DNA of 37,195 nucleotides from NCBI GenBank assembly GCA_030631665.1, contig DAOVKU010000002.1, positions 1 through 37,195 of the forward strand, written 5' to 3'. The position numbers were made by a program, and so were the translations under genes. Below the pieces are notes generated by a model. That model searched no databases. It was not told the DNA's origin and worked only from the letters and a program-made list of their open reading frames with translations. Source of the stretch: Candidatus Omnitrophota bacterium. Lineage in GTDB: Bacteria > Omnitrophota > Gorgyraeia > DAOVKU01. This document shows, piece after piece, positions 1 to 7,987 of the stretch (position 1 is its first letter; each line of letters starts with the position of its first letter).

Positions 1-1872
1 CTGGCCAAAAAGACTGCTTTCTGGCGGGATTTAAATATTCAGTCCTTTAAGTATACAGCTTTTTTGGGCAGCAGCCTGCCTCCGGTTGGTTACGCCACCG
101 GCAAAGATATTTTTCTAGGTAAGTTTAATAGTGAAGAGAATCCCCAGACCGTAAAAGAGGGAAAGATAATAAAGAACGGCCTTTGCTCCGGCGAGGACGG
201 TGTGGGTGTTTTAATCCATACACTTAAACTCTTACCCGGAAAATCAAAAGAATTTGCTGTTGTTCTCGGCCAAACAGAAAACAAGCAAAAAGCAAAAAAG
301 CTTCTTTTGAAATATAAAAATCTCTCCACTACCACTAAAGAATTAGAAAGGGTTAAGAAGTTGTGGCGCAACCGCATCTTAAATAATATTATAATTGATA
401 CACCCGACAAAGATTTTAATCTGATGATGAATATTTGGGTTAAGTATCAGCTTTATATTTGTAACCTCTGGTCTCGTTCGCCTTCTTTCTTTCACGAGGG
501 CTCAGGCGGCAGGGGTTATCGTGATTCCTGTCAGGATGCAGACGGCATTATGTCTATTAATACAGATTATGCCCGTCGAAAGATTGAAACCATTGTTTCT
601 CTTATCCGGCGCGATGGTACTACCGCCCCGGGCTGGTCAGATACCACCGGTCCAGGCAAACACCGCCCCAACAAAGACCATCCCGTGTGGCTGACTCACA
701 CCATAGCTTCTTATATTAAGGAGACCGGTGATAAAAAATTTCTTCTTAAGAAGTTTCCTTATCTTAAAGACAGGTGGATAGGAGGTTGGAATATAGATCA
801 GAACTGGAAAGGAGGAACTGTCAAAGATGGCCAGGGGACTCTTTTTGAGCATTTAGAGAGGAATCTGAATTTTACCTTTAAAGATGTAGGTAAACGGGGC
901 CTGCCTTTAATCGGCCACGCCGACTGGAATGACGGCATAGATGCTGCTGGTATAAAATTAAAAGGCGAAAGTGTCTGGTTGGCACAGGCCCTGGTGCGTT
1001 CTTATAAGACACTGGCTGAACTGGCCGGTTTAATAGGAAAAAATAAAAAGGCCGGAGAGTTTCTAAAAAGAGCTGGTATTATGAAAGACAGAATTAACAA
1101 AGTAGGCTGGGATGGAAACTGGTACGTAAGGGGTTTTACCGATTATAACACCATTTATGGTTCAGCTAAGAACGGGGAAGGAAAAATTTTCTTAAATACC
1201 CAAAGTTGGGCTGTTTTAGCAGGCGTAGCGGATAAAGAAAAAGAGAAAAAACTCCTGAAGAACGTGGATAAATATTTAGATGGCAAACATGGTTACGCCC
1301 TTTTTTATCCTGCTTATTCAAACTATGACCATAAATTAGGCCGGATGACCATGTTCTCTGAAGGCACAAAAGAAAATGCGGCTGTCTTCTGTCACGCCGC
1401 CACCTTTATGATTGCCGCTGATTGTGTAGCCGGAAGAGGAAATAAAGCCTATCAAAGCATGAGAAAAATTATGCCCAATGTTCAGGAAAATTATGACCTT
1501 TATAAAACGGAGCCCTATGTTTATGCTGAATATTTAGTGGGACCCGAACATCCTTATCTTTATGGTGAAGGCGCTTTTACCTGGGTAACCGGTACTGCCG
1601 GCTGGACTTTTATGGCTGCTACCGAGTATTTAGTGGGCGTGAAAAGAGATTACGATGGCTTGAGAATCGATCCCTGTATCCCCTCTCACTGGAAAAAAGT
1701 CAGGATTAAGAGGCCTTTTAGAGGCGCAATTTATGATATTGAAATAGATAATCGCAATGGCGTAGAAAAAGGAATCAGGCAGATTTATCTTGATGGCAAG
1801 AAGCTGGAAGGTAATCTTATTAAGCCAAAACCAAAGGGCAAGACCTATCAAGTAAAAGTAATTATGGGTTGA
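1..1872 (+). CDS. GH94 glycoside phosphorylase (cellobiose/chitobiose-phosphorylase family), 5'-truncated by the window edge
   Basis: Frame 1 is open from nt 1, so the TTG at 64 in the ORF track is not the real start. The product aligns colinearly with the C-terminal ~620 aa of the complete 812-aa paralog at 25480..27918. It carries the catalytic-region motif GGRGYRDSCQDADG and the conserved C-terminus (YDGLRIDPCIP...). Confidence 0.9.
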   Translation: MAKKTAFWRDLNIQSFKYTAFLGSSLPPVGYATGKDIFLGKFNSEENPQTVKEGKIIKNGLCSGEDGVGVLIHTLKLLPGKSKEFAVVLGQTENKQKAKKLLLKYKNLSTTTKELERVKKLWRNRILNNIIIDTPDKDFNLMMNIWVKYQLYICNLWSRSPSFFHEGSGGRGYRDSCQDADGIMSINTDYARRKIETIVSLIRRDGTTAPGWSDTTGPGKHRPNKDHPVWLTHTIASYIKETGDKKFLLKKFPYLKDRWIGGWNIDQNWKGGTVKDGQGTLFEHLERNLNFTFKDVGKRGLPLIGHADWNDGIDAAGIKLKGESVWLAQALVRSYKTLAELAGLIGKNKKAGEFLKRAGIMKDRINKVGWDGNWYVRGFTDYNTIYGSAKNGEGKIFLNTQSWAVLAGVADKEKEKKLLKNVDKYLDGKHGYALFYPAYSNYDHKLGRMTMFSEGTKENAAVFCHAATFMIAADCVAGRGNKAYQSMRKIMPNVQENYDLYKTEPYVYAEYLVGPEHPYLYGEGAFTWVTGTAGWTFMAATEYLVGVKRDYDGLRIDPCIPSHWKKVRIKRPFRGAIYDIEIDNRNGVEKGIRQIYLDGKKLEGNLIKPKPKGKTYQVKVIMG

Positions 1873-1909
1873 CAACTCCCCTCATGTCTAATGACATGGA
1901 AGTTGTCAA
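1869..1909 (+). terminator. Possible intrinsic terminator: nested imperfect hairpin overlapping the GH94 stop codon
   Basis: Outer stem TTGACAACT / AGTTGTCAA encloses an inner stem CATGTC-TAAT-GACATG. It is followed by TTTCC, which is only a short T tract, and the stem is AT-rich. Confidence 0.35.
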
Positions 1910-1947
1910 TTTCCGGTATATTTTCTGCGTAAGTTATTCTCAAACCG

Positions 1948-1976
1948 TTGACATGTTCAAACTTATGTGCTAAAGT
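1948..1976 (+). promoter_or_regulatory. Sigma70-like promoter for the pil cassette
   Basis: TTGACA (1948..1953), 17-nt spacer, TAAAGT (1971..1976), about 20 nt upstream of ATG 1997. Confidence 0.4.
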
Positions 1977-1996
1977 AGGATAAAAAGGTTATAAAG

Positions 1997-3706
1997 ATGC
2001 TTGATAATGGACGCATAATCGCTGAGACCCTAAAGAATTTAGGTATTATAAATGACTTACAGGTTAGCGAGGCTCTAAAAGTTCAAGCTGACACCAAGGA
2101 ACGTCTCAGCCAAGTCTTATCAAAGTTAGGTTATATCTCAAATGAGAATTTAGCTAAATCCCTCCTTCCTCAATTCGGAATTATCCCTTTAGAAATTTCA
2201 AAATATGACTTTGAAGCGGACTTGATAGCTAAAATTTCGCCTGAGTTAACAAAATGTCATCGCCTTATTCCTTTAGAGAAAACAGACTCCACGCTTAAAG
2301 TAATTACCGATGACCCCTTTAATTTTTTGGCTCTCAGCAATCTGGAAAAATTTTGTGGAGAGCATTTAGAACTTGAATTAACCACTAAGGAAGAATTTGA
2401 TAAGGCCTTTGAAGGAATTTACGGCAAGAAGAAAGTCAATGAAAGAGATATAGATATAATGGTTGATAAAATCGGCAAACAGACTTTGTCTGTCGGAGAA
2501 GAGGCTATTTTAACGCAAGAAAAAGTGCCCAAAGAAGAAGCACCTATTATAAGACTGGTCAGTCTTTTAATAACGGAAGCTGTTAAAAACAGGGCTTCTG
2601 ATATACACATTGAACCGCTGGAGAAAAAGCTTCGCGTCCGCTATAGAATTGATGGTGTCCTGCACGAAGTGCCGGGTCCACCTCAGAAATTGCGTGGTTC
2701 GGTTATTAGCCGCATCAAACTTATGGCTGGCCTTGATATTGCCGAAAAGAGACTTCCCCAAGATGGCCGAATTAGGATTGGTCTTTTAGGAAAAAAGCTT
2801 GATTTGAGAGTTTCGACCTTGCCTGGTATTTACGGAGAAAGCACTGTCTTGAGAATACTCGATAAATCGTCGCTTTTGATAGATTTAAGTGAGCTTGGTT
2901 TTTCATCGGAAGACCAACAGAAGTTTGAAGAACTTATTGCCATGCCTAATGGTATGATTTTGGTAACCGGCCCAACAGGTAGTGGAAAAACTACCACTCT
3001 TTATGCTGCCTTAAATAAGATAAATCAACCTAATAGAAAGATAATTACCATTGAGGATCCTGTAGAATATCAAATTTCAGGCATAAATCAAGTTCAGATT
3101 AAACCCCAGATAGGACTTACTTTTGCCAGCGGATTGCGGTCGATGTTAAGACAAGCACCTGATGTTATCCTGGTTGGAGAAATAAGGGATTTTGAGACTG
3201 CAACCATAGCTATTCAGGCTTCTTTGACCGGTCATTTGATTTTTTCTACACTTCATACCAACGATGCTGCGGGTGCAGTAACCAGATTGAGTGATATGGG
3301 CGTAAAGCCTTACCTGGTAGCTTCTACTGTACAGGCAGTTTTAGCACAGCGATTGATCAGGACTATATGCCAAGCTTGCAAAAAACCATATCAACCCACA
3401 GAAGATGAATTGGCTGCATTTGACCTCAAAGAAAAGGATGTCAAAAATATTACTTTTTATCACGGGACAGGATGCAGCGAATGCAGTCATACAGGCTATA
3501 AGGGGAGAATGGCTATGTTTGAACTTTTAATAGTAAGTGACCTTTTAAGAGAATTATTTTTTGAAAAGGTCTCCAGCAGTGTTATTAAAGATAAAGCCTG
3601 TGAGGCGGGCATGCGCACTTTAAGAAGAGATGGCATAAAAAAAGTATTTGCAGGTATAACCACTTTTGCCGAGGTAGTAAGAGTTACTCAGAGCGATATA
3701 GAATAA
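1997..3706 (+). CDS. pilB: PilB/GspE-family hexameric assembly ATPase, copy 1
   Basis: 569 aa. N-terminal T2SSE_N/MshEN-like helical domain; Walker A GPTGSGKTTT; Walker B/Asp box DVILVGEIRD; His box TGHLIFSTLHTND; tetracysteine CQAC...CSEC. Confidence 0.9.
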   Translation: MLDNGRIIAETLKNLGIINDLQVSEALKVQADTKERLSQVLSKLGYISNENLAKSLLPQFGIIPLEISKYDFEADLIAKISPELTKCHRLIPLEKTDSTLKVITDDPFNFLALSNLEKFCGEHLELELTTKEEFDKAFEGIYGKKKVNERDIDIMVDKIGKQTLSVGEEAILTQEKVPKEEAPIIRLVSLLITEAVKNRASDIHIEPLEKKLRVRYRIDGVLHEVPGPPQKLRGSVISRIKLMAGLDIAEKRLPQDGRIRIGLLGKKLDLRVSTLPGIYGESTVLRILDKSSLLIDLSELGFSSEDQQKFEELIAMPNGMILVTGPTGSGKTTTLYAALNKINQPNRKIITIEDPVEYQISGINQVQIKPQIGLTFASGLRSMLRQAPDVILVGEIRDFETATIAIQASLTGHLIFSTLHTNDAAGAVTRLSDMGVKPYLVASTVQAVLAQRLIRTICQACKKPYQPTEDELAAFDLKEKDVKNITFYHGTGCSECSHTGYKGRMAMFELLIVSDLLRELFFEKVSSSVIKDKACEAGMRTLRRDGIKKVFAGITTFAEVVRVTQSDIE

Positions 3707-4800
3707 TGACGAATTTAAATAAATTGTTAGAGATTTGTATTGAAGAAAACGCTTCTGACCTCCATTTAACCGTTGGGAAACCGCCGACTTTAAGAGTGGA
3801 TGGCAGGCTTAAATTAATAGAGGAAATTCCCCTTTCGGCAGAAGAAACTGAAGCTCTAGTTAAGGATATTACACCACAGGACCATTTAAAAAAAATAGAG
3901 GAAGTGGGCGGGGATGATTTTGGTTTTACTTTTAAGGAGAAAGTAGCCAGGTTCAGGGCTTCAATTTATAAACAAAAGGGTTTTTACGGACTTGCCCTGC
4001 GTTTAATTCCTTCCGAGCTGTTAACCTTTGAAGAAATTGGCTTGCCGGATATTATTAAAGATTTAATGTTTCGGCCAAGGGGGTTGGTACTTGTTACCGG
4101 GCCTACCGGTTGCGGAAAAACGACTACCCTGGCTTCTATGACTGATTTCATAAATGTAAACAGGGATTGCCATATTATCACCATTGAAGATCCCATTGAG
4201 TATTTTCATGAGCACAAAAAATCCATTATTACCCAGCGTGAAGTTGGCCGGGATGTGTCTTCCTTTACAGAAGCTATTGTCAGGGGCCTTCGTTCAAATC
4301 CGGATGTTATCCTGGTAGGCGAAATGAGAGACCTGGCGACAATGAAGGCCGCCATTATGGCCGCTGAAACCGGGCATCTGGTTTTTGCTACCCTGCATAC
4401 CAACAGTGCCGCCCAGACAGTTGATAGGATAATAAATGTTTTCCCCCCCAGCGAGCAGGAGCAGATTAGAATTCAGCTGTCAACTTCTATCCTGGCTATT
4501 CTTTGCCAGCAACTTTTAATAAAGACTGGTGAAAAGGGAAGGATGGCGGCTTTTGAATTGATGTTTACCACGTCTTCTATTCAGAGCTTGATCAGAGATA
4601 AAAAAAATTTTAGAATTACTTCTGAGATACAAACAGGTGCCAAACTTGGCATGAAAACCTTTGATACTTCTTTATATGAACTTGTCAAAAAAGGCATAAT
4701 TTCAAACCAGACAGCTTTAGAGAAAGCCTTTGACCCGGAAACACTCATAGCCAGATTGGAATCTGAAGAAAAAGGGGACAGACACCTTTTTAAGCATTAA
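3706..4800 (+). CDS. pilT: PilT-type retraction ATPase
   Basis: 364 aa with no N-terminal extension. GPTGCGKTTT, DVILVGEMRD, TGHLVFATLHTNSA, and a PilT-type C-terminal motif SIQSLIRDKK (AIRNLIRE-like). The start overlaps the upstream stop (TAATG). Confidence 0.9.
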   Translation: MTNLNKLLEICIEENASDLHLTVGKPPTLRVDGRLKLIEEIPLSAEETEALVKDITPQDHLKKIEEVGGDDFGFTFKEKVARFRASIYKQKGFYGLALRLIPSELLTFEEIGLPDIIKDLMFRPRGLVLVTGPTGCGKTTTLASMTDFINVNRDCHIITIEDPIEYFHEHKKSIITQREVGRDVSSFTEAIVRGLRSNPDVILVGEMRDLATMKAAIMAAETGHLVFATLHTNSAAQTVDRIINVFPPSEQEQIRIQLSTSILAILCQQLLIKTGEKGRMAAFELMFTTSSIQSLIRDKKNFRITSEIQTGAKLGMKTFDTSLYELVKKGIISNQTALEKAFDPETLIARLESEEKGDRHLFKH

Positions 4801-4805
4801 AAATA

Positions 4806-6515
4806 ATGAAGGAAATAAAACATAAACTCATCGGACAGATTTTAAAAGAACAAGGTTTAATTAGCCAGAAGCAATTAGACCAGGCGCTTGCAGAACAGAA
4901 AGTGGCCGAAAAACCCCTGGGCAGGGTTTTGGTTGATATGGATTTTATTACAGAGCAGGACCTTCTCAAGGTGCTTGGTATACAGACCGGCATGAAAGTA
5001 ATAGATATTAAAAATAAGGATATTCCCAAGGAAGCGGTAGAAAAAGTTTCTGCTTCCATAGCTAAGATTTATAATGTTATGCCTGTTAGTTTTGAAGGCA
5101 ATACTTTGACTGTTGCTGTTTCCGATCCGCTTAATATAAACATACTGGATGATTTGATATTTATGCTTGGGGTTAATGTCAAAGGCGTTATTGCCAGCGA
5201 AAAAGATATTCAGGAAAAAACTAACAAATATTATGCAGGTAAAGGTGACTCTATTGGTGAAATAGTGGACGAAATTGAGACCAAAATACCGCAGATTACC
5301 ACAGCAGTTAAAGGCAAGGACGCTAGCAGTCTCCAGGAATTAGCCAGTCAGGCCCCGGTGGTAAAATTGCTTAACCTGGTGCTCTTGCAGGCCATAAAAG
5401 ATAAGGCCAGTGATATCCACTTTGAACCATTCGAGGATGTCTTTAAGATTAGATACAGGGTGGATGGGATTTTATATGAAATTACTCATCCGCCAAAATC
5501 GTTGAGTCTGGCTGTTAGTTCCAGGATAAAGGTTATGGCAAATCTTGATATTGCTGAAACAAGATTGCCCCAGGATGGTCGCATTATGATGAATATCGCC
5601 GGCCATAGTGTTGATTTGCGTGTTTCGACCTTACCGACTGTTTTTGGAGAAAGCGTGGTTATGAGGGTTCTTGACAGGAGCGTGGTTAGTTTGTCAATTG
5701 ATGAAATTGGTATGCTTGATGATACAAAAAAGAGATTGCTTAGCCTAATTAGTAAACCCAATGGGATTATTCTGTCAACCGGCCCCACCGGATGCGGCAA
5801 AACCACCACCCTTTATTCCTGCCTGAGGATTATTAATAAAATAGATTATACAATTATTACCACCGAAGACCCTGTTGAATATGATATTCCGGGTATTATT
5901 CAGGTGAACATAAAACCGAAGATAAATCTAACCTTTGCTACCTGCCTGCGTCATATCCTGCGACAGGACCCGGACATTATTATGGTGGGCGAAATTAGAG
6001 ACCCGGAGACAGCACAGATAAGTATTCAAGCCTCTTTAACCGGACATCTTGTTTTTTCTACTTTACATACCAATGACGCTCCCGGTTCTATTACCAGGTT
6101 GATAGATATGGGAGTCGAACCTTTTTTAATAACCTCTACCCTGGAAGCTGTAATTGCCCAGAGACTTGTCAGAACCATTTGTCCGGATTGCAAAACAGAA
6201 TACACGCCTGACGAAAAAGAATTATCTCAACTTGACCTGACACCCAGGGACGTAGAGGGTAAGAAATTTTATTACGGTAAAGGTTGTAAGAAATGCAACG
6301 GCATTGGCTGTCGAGGCAGGACCGGAATATTTGAAATCTTGATGATAGACGATAATATAAGACCTATTATTATTGAGCGTTCTTCAACAGCCGCCATAAG
6401 AGAAGCGGCTCGAGAAGGAGGAATGAGAACTTTAAGAGAAGACGGACTTGCTAAAATCTATGATGGGATAACGACTATTGCAGAAGTAATTAGAGAAACA
6501 CAGGGATACGCATAA
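4806..6515 (+). CDS. pilB: PilB/GspE-family hexameric assembly ATPase, copy 2
   Basis: 569 aa. T2SSE_N/MshEN-like N-terminus, GPTGCGKTTT, DIIMVGEIRD, TGHLVFSTLHTND, CPDC...CKKC. It is a clear but divergent paralog of 1997..3706. Confidence 0.9.
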   Translation: MKEIKHKLIGQILKEQGLISQKQLDQALAEQKVAEKPLGRVLVDMDFITEQDLLKVLGIQTGMKVIDIKNKDIPKEAVEKVSASIAKIYNVMPVSFEGNTLTVAVSDPLNINILDDLIFMLGVNVKGVIASEKDIQEKTNKYYAGKGDSIGEIVDEIETKIPQITTAVKGKDASSLQELASQAPVVKLLNLVLLQAIKDKASDIHFEPFEDVFKIRYRVDGILYEITHPPKSLSLAVSSRIKVMANLDIAETRLPQDGRIMMNIAGHSVDLRVSTLPTVFGESVVMRVLDRSVVSLSIDEIGMLDDTKKRLLSLISKPNGIILSTGPTGCGKTTTLYSCLRIINKIDYTIITTEDPVEYDIPGIIQVNIKPKINLTFATCLRHILRQDPDIIMVGEIRDPETAQISIQASLTGHLVFSTLHTNDAPGSITRLIDMGVEPFLITSTLEAVIAQRLVRTICPDCKTEYTPDEKELSQLDLTPRDVEGKKFYYGKGCKKCNGIGCRGRTGIFEILMIDDNIRPIIIERSSTAAIREAAREGGMRTLREDGLAKIYDGITTIAEVIRETQGYA

Positions 6516-6582
6516 GAAATTGTCAGCTAAGGCATGCAGTCAAAGTTGACAGATGAAAATTGAAAGTTAAGAGAGGAATTAA

Positions 6583-7860
6583 ATGTTAGTTTTTCAGTAT
6601 CGGGCAGTGGATAAGACAGGAGGAAAAAAAGAGGGCACGATTGAAGCTAAAGATGCAACTGATGCCGTAAATCGTATCAAGAATCTTGGTTATTATCCTA
6701 CGCATATAACAGAAAGCAAAAAACCGATTAGAAAAGAGCGTGAAGAAAAAAGAACTACTGGTAGAAAGAAAAAATCTGCACTCACAGGTTACCTGAAAAT
6801 TCCTTTTTTAGGAATTGGCACGGTAAAGAGCAAAGAAGTAGTTCTTTTTACCAGACAACTATCTACCTTAATAGATGCAGATTTACCACTTGTTAGAAGT
6901 CTGATTGTGCTTAGAGATCAGTTAAAACCCTGTGCTATGAAGGATGTAATCACTCAGCTGGCAAAGGATGTTGAGTCAGGCAGTACCCTTTCTGAATCCA
7001 TGTCTCGCTTTCCGCGTGTTTTTTCCAAACTTTACTTGAATATGATCAGGGCCGGTGAGGTAGGCGGTGTTTTGGAAGTTGTTCTTGAAAGATTAGCAGA
7101 TTTTAGCGAGAAGTCCCAGCGCCTGGCTAGCCGTATTCGTTCAGCCCTGGCTTATCCCGCCTTCGTGGTATTAATTGCACTTTCGGTTTTGGCGTTTTTG
7201 ATAACTTTTATCGTGCCCCGTTTTATGGAAATATTTACCGAACTTGGAAGCGAGCTGCCGGTTTTAACGATGATGCTTTTGAATTTGAGTTCTTTATTCA
7301 AAAGCAAATGGTATATTGGTATAGGCATAATAGTAGGTTTGGTTTTAGGTTTTAAATTACTTTATCGAAACCAGAAAGCAAAAATTTTTGTAGATAATTT
7401 TAAATTAAAAGTACCTGTTGTCGGCCTCTTGATTCGCAAAGTTTCCGTGGCGCGATTTACCCGCACACTGGGCACTTTAATTTCAAGCGGTGTGCCCATC
7501 TTACAAGCTTTAAACATTACCAGAGATACTGCAGGTAATGAAGTTATCGCCCGGGCCATTATGAGAGTCCACGATTCTATAAAAGAAGGTGAGTCCATTG
7601 CAAAGCCTCTTCAGGCCAGCGGAGTTTTTCCGCTCATGGTTGTTAATATGATAGATGTAGGAGAGGAAACAGGTTCTCTTGATAACATGCTGATTAAAAT
7701 AGCCGATACTTACGATGAAGAAATTGACACCACCGTCAGCGCCTTAACGTCTTTACTTGAACCTCTGTTAATAGTCTTTATGGGTGTTATTGTCGGTTTT
7801 ATTGTGGTGGCTATGTTCCTACCCCTGGTAAGTCTAATGGGCGCCTTAGGCGCAGGTTAA
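6583..7860 (+). CDS. pilC: PilC/GspF-family inner-membrane platform protein
   Basis: 425 aa with two T2SSF-type repeats and three hydrophobic segments. Typical motifs: FTRQLSTLIDADLPLVRSL and FTRTLGTLISSGVPILQAL. RBS GAGAGGA lies upstream. Confidence 0.9.
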   Translation: MLVFQYRAVDKTGGKKEGTIEAKDATDAVNRIKNLGYYPTHITESKKPIRKEREEKRTTGRKKKSALTGYLKIPFLGIGTVKSKEVVLFTRQLSTLIDADLPLVRSLIVLRDQLKPCAMKDVITQLAKDVESGSTLSESMSRFPRVFSKLYLNMIRAGEVGGVLEVVLERLADFSEKSQRLASRIRSALAYPAFVVLIALSVLAFLITFIVPRFMEIFTELGSELPVLTMMLLNLSSLFKSKWYIGIGIIVGLVLGFKLLYRNQKAKIFVDNFKLKVPVVGLLIRKVSVARFTRTLGTLISSGVPILQALNITRDTAGNEVIARAIMRVHDSIKEGESIAKPLQASGVFPLMVVNMIDVGEETGSLDNMLIKIADTYDEEIDTTVSALTSLLEPLLIVFMGVIVGFIVVAMFLPLVSLMGALGAG

Positions 7861-7917
7861 TTATCTAGATTAATTGCCATAGACAAAAAAATGCTTTATT
7901 CTTACTGTTTTTTCCCC

Positions 7918-7961
7918 TTGACAAAAATAGGTACAGCTGGTATATTTGAAGGGCTTCAAAT
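7918..7961 (+). promoter_or_regulatory. Promoter plus operator-like inverted repeat upstream of giant gene 1
   Basis: TTGACA (7918..7923), 17 nt, TATATT (7941..7946). This runs directly into the inverted repeat ATTTGAAG-GG-CTTCAAAT (7944..7961). The same layout recurs at 29731..29773 and 30615..30656. Confidence 0.55.
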
Positions 7962-7987
7962 TTTAAAAGAGAGAAAGGGGTTTTAAA

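Noticed and set aside
6516-6582. The TGTCA...TGACA inverted repeat and a TTGACA hexamer in the pilB2-pilC spacer as a terminator or promoter.
   Set aside because: The stem is only 5 bp with a loop of more than 20 nt and no T tract. No acceptable -10 box lies 16-18 nt downstream of the TTGACA. pilC is probably co-transcribed with the upstream genes.
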